Positions 49,730 through 62,000 of a stretch of DNA of 64,000 bases are shown in pieces. The first letter of the stretch is position 1. Each line of letters starts with the position of its first letter. This DNA comes from Macrostomum lignano. Lineage: Eukaryota. The notes beneath the pieces were generated by a model that was given only the letters and a program-made list of their open reading frames with translations, had not been told where the DNA came from and made no database searches. The stretch is taken from contig NIVC01001340.1 of assembly GCA_002269645.1 (NCBI GenBank), positions 124,001-188,000 on the forward strand, in the 5' to 3' direction. The position numbers were made by a program, and so were the translations under genes.

Positions 49730-52098
49730 GCGCAGTAATCCTTGGCTATCGAGTGCAGTAATTCTTGGTTTATTAATAGCAATAATCCATGGCTTATCGA
49801 GTGCAGTAATCCTTGGTTTATTAATAGCAATAATCCTTGGCTTATCGAGTGCAGTAATCCTTGGTTTATTAATAGCAATAATCCTTGGCTTATCGAGTGC
49901 AGTAATCCTTGGTTTATTAATAGCAATAATCCATGGCTTATCGAGTGCAGTAATCCTTGGTTTATTAATAGCAATAATCCATGGCTTATCGAGTGCAGTA
50001 ATTCTTGGTTTGCCAAGTGCAGTAAGTAATCCTTGGTTTATTAATAGCAATAATCCATGGCTTATCGAGTGCAGTAATCCTTGGTTTATTAATAGCAATA
50101 ATCCTTGGCTTATCGAGTGCAGTAATCCTTGGTTTATTAATAGCAATAATCCATGGCTTATCGAGTGCAGTAATCCTTGGTTTATTAATAGCAATAATCC
50201 ATGGCTTATCGAGTGCAGTAATTCTTGGTTTGCCAAGTGCAGTAAGTAATCCTTGGTTTATTAATAGCAATAATCCATGGCTTATCGAGTGCAGTAATCC
50301 TTGGTTTATTAATAGCAATAATCCTTGATTAATCAAGTGCAGTAATCCTTGGTTTGCCAAGAGCAATAATCCTTGGCTTATCGAGTGCAGTAATCCTTGG
50401 TTTATTAATAGCAATAATCCTTGGCTTATCGAGTGCAGTAATCCTTGGTTTATTAATAGCAATAATCCATGGCTTATCGAGTGCAGTAATCCTTGGTTTA
50501 TTAATAGCAATAATCCATGGCTTATCGAGTGCAGTAATCCTTGGTTTGCCAAGTGCAGTAATCCTTGGTTTATTAATAGCAATAATCCTTGGCTTATCGA
50601 GTGCAGTAATCATTGGTTTATTAAAAGCAATAATCCTTGGCTTATCGAGTGCAGTAATCCTTGGTTTAATAATAGCAATAATCCTTGATTAATCAAGTGC
50701 AGTAATCCTTGGTTTGCCCAGAGCAATAGTCCTTGGTTTATTGAGTGCAGTAATCCTTGGTTTATTAATAGCAATAATCCATGGCTTATCGAGTGCAGTA
50801 ATCCTTGGTTTATTAATAGCAATAATCCTTGATTAATCAAGTGCATTAATCCTTGGTTTATTAATAGCAATAATCCTTGGCTTATCGAGTGCAGTAATCC
50901 TTGGTTTATTAATAGCAATAATCCATGGCTTATCGAGTGCAGTAATCCTTGGTTTGCCAAGTGCAGTAATCCTTGGTTTATTAATAGCAATAATCCTTGA
51001 TTATTCAAGTGCATTAATCCTTGGTTTATTAATAGCAATAATCCTTGGCTTATCGAGTGCAGTAATCCTTGGTTTATTAATAGCAATAATCCATGGCTTA
51101 TCGAGTGCAGTAATCCTTGGTTTGCCAAGTGCAGTAATCCTTGGTTTATTAATAGCAATAATCCTTGGCTTATCGAGTGCAGTAATCATTGGTTTATTAA
51201 AAGCAATAATCCTTGGCTTATCGAGTGCAGTAATCCTTGGTTTAAAAATAGCAATAATCCTTGATTAATCAAGTGCAGTAATCCTTGGTTTGCCCAGAGC
51301 AATAGTCCTTGGTTTATTGAGTGCAGTAATCCTTGGTTCATTAATAGCAATAATCCATGGCTTATCGAGTGCAGTAATCCTTGGTTTATTAATAGCAATA
51401 ATCCTTGATTAATCAAGTGCATTAATCCTTGGTTTATTAATAGCAATAATCCTTGGCTTATCGAGTGCAGTAATCCTTGGTTTATTAATAGCAATAATCC
51501 ATGGCTTATCGAGTGCAGTAATCCTTGGTTTGCCAAGTGCAGTAATCCTTGGTTTATTAATATCAATAATCCATGGCTTATCGAGTGCAGTAATCCTTGG
51601 TTTATTAATAGCAATAATCCTTGGCTTATCGAGTGCAGTAATCATTGGTTTATTAATAGCAATAATCCTTGATTAATCAAGTGCAGTAATCCTTGGTTTG
51701 CCAAGAGCAATAGTCCTTGGTTTATTGAGTGCAGTAATCCTTGGTTTATTAATAGCAATAATCCTTGGCTTATCGAGTGCAGTAATCATTGGTTTATTAA
51801 TAGCAATAATCCTTGATTAATCAAGTGCAGTAATCCTTGGTTTGCCAAGAGCAATAGTCCTTGGTTTATTGAGTGCAGTAATCCTTGGTTTATTAATAGC
51901 AATAATCCTTGGCTTATCGAGTGCAGTAATCCTTGGTTTGCCAAGTGCAGTAATCCTTGGTTTATTAATAGCAATAATCCTTGGCTTATCGAGTGCAGTA
52001 ATCCTTGGTTTATTAATAGCAATAATCCTTGATTAATCAAGTGCATTAATCCTTGGTTTATTAATAGCAATAATCCTTGGCTTATCGAGTGCAGTAAT
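49730..52098. repeat. Higher-order satellite of alternating 24-bp monomers (48-bp dimer GTGCAGTAATCCTTGGTTTATTAATAGCAATAATCCTTGGCTTATCGA)
   Basis: About 2.4 kb, with four monomer variants. Confidence 0.95.
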
Positions 52099-52801
52099 CT
52101 AAGTTTTGTTTTATTAAAGGACTAAATGTTTTATTAAAGGACTAAATATTTAATAAAAGCTTTTAATAAAAAAATTTATACTACTACTTTTAAACTACTT
52201 AGATTCGAAGCCAGGTCGCTGCATTAGCAGTCTGGTCTGTTCAGCTCTAGGCTAGCTCTCATCGAAGTTATCAGTGAATTTGTACCACTTATATAATTCA
52301 ACACTTACACCAAGTCAGGTAGAGTAAAAAGTCACACGAAGCAGTTATGACATAATCAATTTCTTAGGCAAGTCAGTACCAGTGTCTATGAAAGTTAACA
52401 AATGGTAACGTAATATAAATTGAGTACTGCGCTATGCTTTCACACTCAAAGCTGTGACGCAATTCAATTGAGTGTCAAATTCAGCCAGTACACAGACGAT
52501 AAACAAAGTGTATTGTGATGCAATCTATTTTATAATCAGAATTCAACCAGTCAGTTTTTCTGCTAGCATTCTTACAATGCATTTCGATGCTTGACCTTTG
52601 CAAAAAAGCATGTTTTTCGAATATTTAATCCCTTTAGCATCGAGCAATTTCTTAGCCACGATGCATGTACCGTCACGGAATAATTTCTGATCGAACAGTG
52701 CAGGTTCGAAGAAAATCGGTTCAGCCGTTTTTGCTAAAATCGATCACACACACACACACACACGCACGCACACACAAACAGACCATTTTTAGTATATTAG
52801 A

Positions 52802-53180
52802 CTAGCAGGGGTAGGCTGTCTGCCAGCATCCAGAATTTTTTTTATACCCCCCCCCCCTTAATTGGTTACGCAAGTTAAATAGAGTAATTATCTGGGCAGT
52901 GGGGCGGAGTGAGTTTTCTTATCAGTTGGCTCTGGCGCAATCATTAAAATTGGCAGTGAAGTTTCTCGCTGATAGAATTTTGCATTGAAAAAGCCCATTT
53001 AAAACAGTTTTTCGAATATTTAATCCCCTTAGCATTGAGCTAGAGCCTAATAAAATTACATGTACCGTCCCGGGCACATTTGACATGTTTTGGCGAAGAA
53101 ACGGAGAAAATCGGTTGAGCCGTTCGGGAGATAATCGATTGCATACAAGCAAGCAAGATTTTCATTTTTAGTATATTAGA
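52802..53180 (-). mobile_element. Small non-autonomous Helitron-like element H3 (379 bp)
   Basis: CTAG at 52802; 5' TCTAATATAC at 53180; shares TTTTCGAATATTTAATCCC.TTAGCAT.GAGC and CATGTACCGTC with H2. Confidence 0.78.
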
Positions 53181-53460
53181 AGACGTCGCAACCAACACAG
53201 GTAAAGTGAGGAATTTAGAAGAGTTCATGACTCAGTCAACAGCGTTGCATGATCAAATCAAAGTAAGAATTACTGCAAATAAAGTCTTTGTAGATTTAGT
53301 TTTTACCGAATGGCAGAAATCGGTGAGAAGAATCAGTCGTCTTGAGGGAGTACACAATCTTCCTGATATTGATACTGTTGAAGAAGAATCTACTGCTCGT
53401 CCGGTCATTACTGCAGATGAGATTACCAAAGAGAAAATAACAGATATTTCAACCGGATAG
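53181..53460 (+). pseudogene. Coiled-coil Maverick protein, 3' part
   Basis: DVATNTGKVRNLEEFMTQSTALHDQIK repeats the 29-aa unit ending the 5' part; in frame with 34028 after excision. Confidence 0.75.
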
Positions 53461-53493
53461 TTTTATAATTTTTTATTTTTTCTAGTGAAAAAA

Positions 53494-54230
53494 ATGGCCC
53501 AACAAAATTCTCTATACGATCAGTCTCAATACGCTGAACCTAAAATACCGACAGCACCAAACTCAATGGCACCGAATTCGAACACACAAAACCTGGCACC
53601 AAGCCTGAATGCACAGAATCTGAATGCACCTCAATATTCAGACCGACTTTACCCCGTCATTACTTGTAACTCTCAACAGTTTCGACTGGTGGAGATTCAA
53701 AAAATGCGAGATGACATTGAAAAAAATATTTTCCACAACACAAAGAAAATTAAGCGCTATAACAGCCACTGTAAATTTTTCGACTACAGCAATATGATTC
53801 TAGGATCTGTGTCTGTTCTATCTGGATCTGCTGCGGCTGTCTCAACGTTGCCAGTCATCACAGCCCCAATCGCAATCCCGCTCGGCTCTGTGGGTGCTGC
53901 ATGTGGACTTATTTCAGCAATTACTGGAGCATTAGCGCGAAACAGGCGAAAAAACTAAAACAGCTACAGGAGAAGCAAGTAAAAGAGAAAGGGGTGCACA
54001 CTTCAATCATAGGGTACATTTCAAGGGCAATCGAGGATAAGTTCATTTCAGAGGATGAGTTCAAAACCATTCAGGATCTTTATGAACAAACAATTCGAAT
54101 GAACTTGAACATGGTCGGTACTGATGACATGGGTCAGCTGAGAAATGAACTCGAGAAAGTTCTTCAACATTATGCGGAAAGAAAGTCGGCAAGAAATTCG
54201 GTAAGAAGGACAGCGAGAAATGCACAATGA
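53494..54230 (+). CDS. Conserved-type Maverick protein with a hydrophobic hairpin (about 245 aa), split by a 1-bp frameshift near the A-run at 53949-53954
   Basis: LYP..FRL.EI....DIE....KKI.RY, a two-helix hydrophobic segment, then ISRAIED..IS.DEF; ORFs 53485-53958 and 53901-54230 overlap in different frames. Confidence 0.7.
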
Positions 54231-54234
54231 ACCC

Positions 54235-54636
54235 TTATGAAACACAGGTACGAATAATTTCCTTGTAGGTCTTTCGTGTTTTGGTCATTGCATACAAAAC
54301 AGTCATGCACAGCTCACCGCAAATATCACTGCTAAGACCTTGGAGAATAAAGTCTGAGCGATAAATTTTTTTATTATTTTTTCCCTTCATATAATTTCTT
54401 AGTTCTTCTGGTACTGCCGTCCCATAGCTATCGAAGTAATAACACTTGTGCTTGCGATCGGGATCAATCACCCAGCAAACCCAATGAGATCCTGGCTTAT
54501 CGGTGGTGTCAAAGTTCATGATGCCACATTCTTTTCTTAGAGGAAAATCAGGCAGAGTGTCCCTCATAAATATTCCTCTAAAGTTTGGGATTTCCAGTTC
54601 GTTAGCCAAATCTTCAAGAAAGTTATTTGTCGTCAT
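54235..54636 (-). CDS. Adenain-like cysteine protease, 133 aa, intact
   Basis: GSHWV (His), YFDSYG (Asp), LQ....DICG..C (Gln, Cys). Confidence 0.92.
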   Translation of the reverse strand: MTTNNFLEDLANELEIPNFRGIFMRDTLPDFPLRKECGIMNFDTTDKPGSHWVCWVIDPDRKHKCYYFDSYGTAVPEELRNYMKGKNNKKIYRSDFILQGLSSDICGELCMTVLYAMTKTRKTYKEIIRTCVS

Positions 54637-54694
54637 TTCTATGAGGTTTATTAAACTTTCTCTTAAAACTAAACCTAACCTCCACCTCCTAATC

Positions 54695-57600
54695 TCAACC
54701 TCCTAAACCTAACCTCCAGTGCCCGAACGGTAGACTGTTAATATTGTCATAAAAAATGAATCTCTTGTTATCTGCACCTGACAGTCCAATCTTCTTTTGC
54801 TGAATTGTGTGAATAATATGGTTTTTCGATTGTAGCTTTGAGAACTCATGTGATGTCTTTTTGTTGCAATCCAAGGCGTCTCTGTATTCAGCTTCATTAA
54901 TTTCCTTCCTAACCACGCGTTTCGGAATTCCCTTTGATTTTTTAATTGGGTCTGACGACTCACATTTTACAAAATAGGACTTTGCTCTCAACCCAATGAA
55001 TTCAGTGATTATGTCACCAGCAATCTCGTCCTTCATTTTCCCAATCACTTTCTTGTTAGTAGCGTCAAACACTTGATCGCCATTCTGTGTCCTGAAAGAT
55101 TCATCATACTCAGACAAGTCAAACAAATCTTTTTGCTGCAGCATGTCCTGATAAATGTCTTCTGTTTGAATGTCCATAATAAAACTGTCTGTGTCAGTGT
55201 ACAAGAGTTTTATTTTATCCTTGTACTGCTGTTTCATGCCATAGAAGAACTGGTACATCAGACGTTTTGATTCGTCGAGAACAGTGACACCTGTATAGAT
55301 CGGCTTGCGCAGCGTCACCTTGGTTTTGTAAAATATGATCACACCTAAGTAGCTATTAAAGATATGGAGTTCTTTGAATGTTGGCTTTGACATATTTGCC
55401 TGAATAACAGCAGGCTCTGATGAGGTAACAAGTTTCAGGTTTGTTCTTTTCCGCTCATTCTCAAGAGTCTTGCCATAGACAGAGTGGTTGGCCAACTTAA
55501 AGAGGTTCTTGTCAAAGTCGTTGGTTGCTTTGGTCCTAAACTGGGTGTTCTTATCAATGTAGGGTTTCATCCACGCTTCCTCTGTAAATTTAAGAGCCCT
55601 GTGAACTTTGGTGACCCTGCAACCAAGTGAGATAAAATACTGAAGCAGTTTGTAATGGATTTTGTAACGTGTCTTGTTGTTTAGATTCTGTGTTAGTTTC
55701 TCTGTATGTTCTTTTTCTGTTCCTGACAGGCGCCAAGTTCCATTGGGAGTTTCGATTATTTTCGGGCACTTGATGTTCTCTGGGAAGGGTGGAAAGTCAG
55801 AGAAATAGTCGTGAAGCTCTGGTGGAATGTAAACATCAACCTCATAAATGGCAGCCAATGAAAAGTCCCATTTGAATTCTGATGAGGGTAGCCATCGAAA
55901 ATCTCTAACTGGAAGATCTTGACTCATCGCCCACCCGTAGAGATTATTAGCGTCCAAGTAAGTAATGTAGTTTGAGGGCTGCTCCTTATTGTAAGATTCA
56001 ATGTAGGGATTGTTTGCTTTTGCATACCTGTTAACACAAATTGAGATTCCCCCTCGCTTTGACGATTCGACAAAATTGTACATGTCGATGTCTGTAAGAA
56101 GTTCGATGTACCTATCTGGATCTTGATCCCATTTCATTTTAAGCAAAGATTCCCAGCTAGTGGCGGGCAGAGACACATAATGTGCTGGATCGAGGCCATA
56201 TGCTGTGTACCAGGTGTATCTGAAGGTTTCAAACACATCGGCCAGCAGAAAAACATCTGTGTAGAGGTAAAGCAAGTGATACTGGAAGAAGTTTTGACAA
56301 TTAAAGTAACTATAGACATGCTTCGCGTGCTCATAGTCTTTGTCAGAGATTCCAGAGTCTGTTAGCTTTGAAAAGAACTTTTCCTGTGGTGGTAAACCTT
56401 CTTCAAATACGTGATACCCAGTAATATTTTCATAGGGGTAGAAGCCTTTCTTTCTTAAAAGTTTAAATGATTCATCACTGTTGTTAATTTTACTTGCAAA
56501 CATCTTTGTATATGTACATTGTTCATCTTTTAGATTCTTGCTTAGTTCGTCTAGACTGGCAGCAAGAAATTGATATGAATCCTTCAGTCTTATTTTACCT
56601 TCACTCGAACCTTTACCTGAATTATCCTGTTTAATATCAACACACTTAAACTTCTCCTTGTTCTCTGCGATGCAATCAAGGTGTATGTCTGGAATCATGC
56701 CGATTTTTTCAACTATTAAATGTATGTCATAGTTCTTTGCGCTGTGACAAAATATCGTTAGATCATGAATGTTTGATTTTAGCTTTAGATTACAGGTGTT
56801 ATGCGCTGCACCTCTATATTTCCCAGTAAAGTGGCAGTGGTCCCTAACGGTGGGGTTTTTAAAATCAGTGCAAGTTAACTGTTTCCTGCAGATGTGGCAA
56901 TGAGTTGCTGATAGGAAATTGCTTTCATCCTCCTCAGACATACTTATTGGAACAGGTTGAAGGGTGCTAATTACTCTTTGCAACTCCAACATTCTGGCAA
57001 TAAACTGCTCCGCACACTGCTCTCCAAAGAAATAATTAGACTCAACAAGTCCTTTTGTATTAATAAAAGCATATGCTACTGAATTGGGGACATGTTTTTG
57101 AGTTTGTTTTTGAGTTTGAGTTTGTTTTTGAGTTTCTGGTACGATTGAGCACTCGAAATCAGCATATACAACAAATGGGAGCTTCTCCATCTTGTGATAG
57201 TTCTTAAACCGGAGATACTTCTCTTCAGCTGAAGGAAGAGAGCAGTTTGTCGGGTGATCCTCGCATGATAATTCATGCTCTGTTAGTTTTTCAAAGCGTT
57301 CAGGTCCACTGTAATGCTTAAGGCACAAGCGGCAGATGGCAACAGCCTCGTGATGATTATTCAACTGCTTGTGAATGAGTCTTGAAAGATCTTTAATCCA
57401 AACATAGTGAGCCTCCTCTAGTAAATTACCAATCACTAGAAGATCCACTTCAGTCCGCCTTTTCCCCTCGGGATCTAAAACGTCTTTGCTACATCTGACC
57501 GGTTGAACTTTCTCAGTTTTTTCACTCAACTCAAAGACTGTGATTCTAATTTTGTTATTAAACACTTCTTCTAGCTTTGGGATCTGAGAGATCGCCAAGC

Positions 57601-58561
57601 CTCCTTTGTCAAATCTGATTCCCTTCTCTTCACATTCGATGACATAGTGCTTGAAATAATTTTGATAATTTGAGGTTCTTTCGGGGTGGTGAGGGACATA
57701 ATGAAGTGCAGAAAGAACCGCCCATAGAGCACAGCAGTTGTCTTTATTTTTAACATTTATGCAAGCTTTTTTGCCGGCTAGCTTATGCGGGAGCTCTATA
57801 TAAGAGGAGGCTTTAAGTGGGTCATATTTCATGACCATAACAGTCGCTCTTTGAATCCCTCCCACGACCCATCCGGAACCTCTGGATGTAAACGCTTCAA
57901 TTTTCTTAGTGACATCTTGAAGGAAAGGATCCAGTGTGTCTGTAGGGGTGAATGGCTTTGCCTTTGTTGTCATGTAATACTCGAGATGCTCAGTGGGTTT
58001 TGCAGGCATATAAAACGCAATCTTGAATGATATCTGTAGTTTAAAGGTCTTGCGTGTTTTGAGTGTGTGATCAACAACTGATTGGATGCTGTCTTTATAG
58101 TCGTAGATGTTTGCGGTGGTGCCGTTAATTGGGATTGTGTACTCTATGTAATGTTCTGTAAACTTCCTCTGTGCAAAATTAATCTCTTCAATGGCAAGCT
58201 CCGACTCTTTTAAATGGATTAATTGCTCTAATTTCTCTTGTTCCTGCTTATTTTGTGGGTACTTTGCTTTTTCACCAGTGAGAGTTTCGTATTTGTTAAC
58301 TAAGTTGCGACTCCTCTCTTGGTGTTCCTTTGCAGGATTTTGTATAGGCGCATACTGGTTGGATTCTAATTGGTTGATGATTTCCAACTGTTTTTCATAG
58401 CTTCCCAGGTGACCAGGGTCGGTGTTAAACTTTTGTTTGCATGCTTCTCTTAGTAAATTACTTTAGTCTTGAAATGAGACGCCTTGTAAGGTTTTAGGGT
58501 AGGGTAAATGAGACGAAAAATATTTGTTGACTAAATCTCTTGCTGGATTGGCTTTTGGCAT
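54695..58561 (-). CDS. Protein-primed DNA polymerase B (1288 codons) with an EndoVII-like Zn insert; one in-frame TAA at codon 33
   Basis: Exo I VYADFEC, Exo II HSAKNYD, Exo III LYTDVFLL; pol YLDANNLYGWAM, KLANHSVYGK, YTDTDS; CHIC...VRDHCHFTGKYRGAAHNTCNL; AAAAATG at 58561 in frame with the 54695-58387 ORF. Confidence 0.95.
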
Positions 58562-58695
58562 TTTTCTCGAAAATATAAAAAAAATTTGAGGGTGACCACC
58601 CGGATAGAAAAGTTGAACTGTTTCTACATCCTATCAGTAGCTTTAGGTTTATGAAGCTGGATAAAGTGGGGTTTTAAACCTCATCACATTCACAT

Positions 58696-59192
58696 TCACA
58701 TGCGCATTATTGTAAACCCAGCATTGTGCAGTGTCATGATGGCTTTGACAATGTCAGACTTGCTTACAGAATTTTCATGCTCACAAGCATCATGATCATC
58801 ACAATCGGGGCAGCCCTCAGGGCAGCCCTCAGGGCAGCCCTCAGGGCAGCCCTCTCCTGCCTTAATTGTTATACCTTTGTCTCTTGCAATCTTTTGTAAT
58901 TCTAGCTGGTGGGCTCTATCATTCCCAGCTTTAACAGCAGTTGCTACACCTCCAGCTACACCACCTGCGGCACTTACAGCGCCTGCAATGATTGGGATAA
59001 GAGCTGCTAATGGTAGGATTCCTCCTGACTTTTCATCTGTGATGCTGTGTCTTTGTTCATTTTGTGACATTGAACTATTTGCTGCACGGGATCGATTTTT
59101 ACTTTGGCACCTTTAATTGATATAAGACCTGGTTTCTTTGATTCAATGATTTTATTGAGTTTATTGATGGTTCTGGTTTCAATCTTTGTCAT
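58696..59192 (-). CDS. Putative membrane-lytic/core protein (protein VI-like), probably one gene (about 165 aa) split by a 1-bp frameshift
   Basis: KSGG|ILPLAALIPIIAGAVSAAGGVAGGVATAV hydrophobic helix after a GG motif; (CPEG)n repeat; upstream ORF 59007-59192 has an AAAAATG start. Confidence 0.65.
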
Positions 59193-59208
59193 TTTTTATT
59201 TTAATATT

Positions 59209-60233
59209 TTAATTAATTTCTGTGTCAGCTGGTATCACTAGGAGTTCAGCTCTAGTGAATGACCGCGTGGGGGATTTAGGGTTAAACGCCTGAGATAAAA
59301 AGTAATAGTCACCGGAGTCGGAGGTAAAATGTCTGTCTATTTTATGTACATCAAGGCTGAAGTATGGATCTGTAGCTCTTCTTTTAGTGTCCTTCTCTAG
59401 CTCTCCAGGTAGATATAAAAGCGTAGAGACTCAGAGTTTTTCAGTATGTATGGTGATTCAACTCCCGGTAGATTAGGGTAGTTAGAGGTGTTTTTTGTGT
59501 TGTGCGTGTTGTGCGTGTTGTCTGTTCTATGAGATGCCTTAAGTTTGACAGTGTCTTGTTTAATTGCATGGGACGGTTTCAATCCAGTCATACGTGTGAC
59601 TTCATTGTTCAGTTGCTCTATAACAGTGGGGAGTCTTTCTGTCCACTTGGTATAGTACTGCCCCGCACTCAGTTTGAGTTCTTGCGCTGTCTGCTTAGTG
59701 AATAGTCTCTTGGCTAGAGTTAGACTGAATCTCTCAACGTACGCTTGGTCCCTGTGCAGGTCTGTTCTTCCGTAGCGAATCTTCGTATTTTTCTTTTCCA
59801 TAAGGGATTTTACTGCACCCATGAATTCCTTACCCGGGTCGGTCATAAGGGTTTGGGGGTGTGTGAGCGGAGAGTTTTTATAAATATCTTGGAGGGCGGC
59901 TGCAACTGCTTCTGACTTCTTCGTCTTAAGCGGTCTCGCTTCCTTATATCTGGAGGCAATGTCTGTAATTGTGAGAGCATACTTGTAGCCTGAGTCATTG
60001 AGGAGAAACAGAAGATCTGCTTGGTGCGCCTCATTAGGTTTATAAATACTGAAATGGGGCCTTTCAAATTTTACTGGTGGGAAATAGACTTGAAAGACAG
60101 CCTGCTTAGAGAGCCATTTTTCTACTGTAGCTTTTGGTTCCTTACTCAGCTCCATGAGTTTACTAACGGAATTTTTGCCTACAAAGAATCCTTTGTCGCT
60201 GTAGTAGAGCTTTTGAAGTTTCTGATCTGTCAT
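59209..60233 (-). CDS. Retroviral-like (rve) DDE integrase, about 341 aa, with a 1-bp deletion at 59417-59420
   Basis: HQAD, TDPGKEF, VERF catalytic triad; the shifted frame continues LYLPGELEKDTKRRATDPYFSL...SFTRAELLVIPADTE, the conserved Maverick INT tail. Confidence 0.93.
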
Positions 60234-60263
60234 TTTTTAAAAAAGAAAATTTTAAATAAAATA

Positions 60264-60760
60264 ATGCAGCGCTCTGGCGGTAAAATAGACTCACATGGAC
60301 TGATAGAGAAGCTTCCTCATCCAAACAAAGGCTGGACAGTTCCGGGTACAAATATTGTGGGCCTTTGAATCCACTTGAAATACAGTTAGATAAAAACAAC
60401 AATCCAAATCCTGGGCATGAGCCTGTGAACGAGCTAGACTCTGTCTGCATGTGGCACGATGTTAAGTATAGGGATTTTCCTGAGGAAAAGAATCGCTGGG
60501 ATAAAGAAATGCTTAGGAGACTCGACAATATGGGGATTTCAAGCGGATTTCGTGAGTCGATTGCTAGGAAATTAGTCAAGGCGGTTATTTTTGGTAAGAC
60601 AAAGTTGGGGTTGGGGGTGGGCGCTGAGGGTGGGTGTTTGGGAAGAGAAGGCGGAGGCTTTGTATTGTACGCGCCAAGTAGAGAATTTAGAAGACTGCTA
60701 AAAGAGCTGGGGGTTGAGAAGGCTGGGGGTTATAACAAGGAACTAAATGGGCGTTTGTGA
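60264..60760 (+). CDS. Parvovirus-type phospholipase A2 (PLA2X-like), about 165 aa, with a 1-bp deletion at 60344-60347
   Basis: Corrected reading PGYKYCGPLNPL (Ca loop), LDSVCMWHDVKY (HD catalytic pair), WDKEML. Confidence 0.85.
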
Positions 60761-60822
60761 AGCTAGGCGAGGGATCCTTTGAGTTAGTTAAGGAATCTTT
60801 GAGCTGGGCAAAATTTTTTCTC

Positions 60823-60985
60823 TATGCTGCACATGATTTTTACGAAAGTTCGTGAAAATCATGTAACCATTGAGAGCCGCTTTATGCTGCACATGATTTT
60901 TACGAAAGTTCGTGAAAATCATGTAACCACTGAGAGCCGCTTTATGCTGCACATGATTTTTACGAAAGTTCGAAAAAATCATGTT
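60823..60985. repeat. 60-bp tandem repeat x3, each with a 34-bp palindrome
   Basis: ACATGATTTT-T-ACGAA-AG-TTCGT-G-AAAATCATGT; partial fourth copy at about 61232-61258. Confidence 0.92.
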
Positions 60986-61316
60986 ATCAGTGGGAATCGA
61001 ACCATGTAATCGAACCATGCGGGGCAGACTGAAACCGGTTTCGGGCTTGTTTGCCCTCGTCAGTCAGTCATGGCCACGCGAGGTCGACTCCACCTCTAGC
61101 CAGCTGAGTGGAACTGCTATTTATGCGCCCTTGCACATGGCGACATTTTCTAGTCCACCATGTGAGGAATTCGCGCCATGTTCAAATAGCTTTACTATCA
61201 GTAAGCTATCGCTTACAAATGTAACCAATACGAGCCGCTTTATGCTGCACATGATTTTGTCAGTATTTTTAGATCTTGCGTCTGCACTCTACAGGGTAAA
61301 ACCTTGTAGTTGGCTA

Positions 61317-61553
61317 CTACAACTGCCTTATAACTTCAGCAAAGTTATAGTAGCTGTCAAAATCATTAATGACTACTCCATATTTATGAAACCAGTGTCT
61401 TTGGAGAGCTAGATTAATATTAGGGACATTGATATCAACGCCGGGCCAATATTTTCTCATGTACTCACTGCATTCTAGTTTGCATTGGTACTTACTCTTG
61501 TAATTAGGCTCGTGCGCTTTGTAATAAGAACCCGGAGAGACAACTGGAAACAT
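61317..61553 (-). CDS. TIR-encoded hypothetical protein, 78 aa (right copy)
   Basis: Diverged inverted copy of 24947-25186. Confidence 0.6.
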   Translation of the reverse strand: MFPVVSPGSYYKAHEPNYKSKYQCKLECSEYMRKYWPGVDINVPNINLALQRHWFHKYGVVINDFDSYYNFAEVIRQL

Positions 61554-62000
61554 TTTTATTGAGAATTTAATTTTTTTTCAAAGGGTGAGGACCCTGCGCT
61601 GATGATTTAAAGTCTTAGGGATCTGGTTTCGCCGCTTCGGATTGAATGTGGGGAGAAGAATGCTGATTATTTTCTGATTGTTTCGAAGATGCTATGGGTG
61701 GATGTCAGTCTCAGTGAGCATAACAGGTGTCCTACTGTTATGCTCTGATTCTGTCAGGGATAATATGGATGGATTTAATGGGATTATGTTCGAAGTTTTC
61801 AGAGCAAGTGCGACCCCTCCCCTTTTTCAAGATTCTGTCAGGGATAATATGGATGGATTTAATGGGATTATGGAGGACGTTTTGTGAGCGAGTGCGACCC
61901 CCCTTTTTTCTGATTCTGTCAGGGATAATATGGATGGATTTAGGTGGATTATGGAGGAGGTGAAAAATTTTGTCCCAGAAGCCCCCTCATGCATTCTACT
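61317..62000 (-). repeat. Right terminal inverted repeat
   Basis: Reverse complement of 24501-25186. Confidence 0.97.

Larger units (their letters stand above)
48643..52801 (-). mobile_element. Non-autonomous Helitron-like element H2 (satellite-filled)
   Basis: 3' CTAG at 48643 with hairpin GCCCCCCTTCGGGGTGGC; 5' TCTAATATAC at 52801 preceded on + by (CA)n and AAAATCGGTTCAGCCG. Confidence 0.78.

Noticed and set aside
48951-52070. Many repetitive ORFs (LLLINQG, CYLQDA)
   Set aside because: Satellite translations
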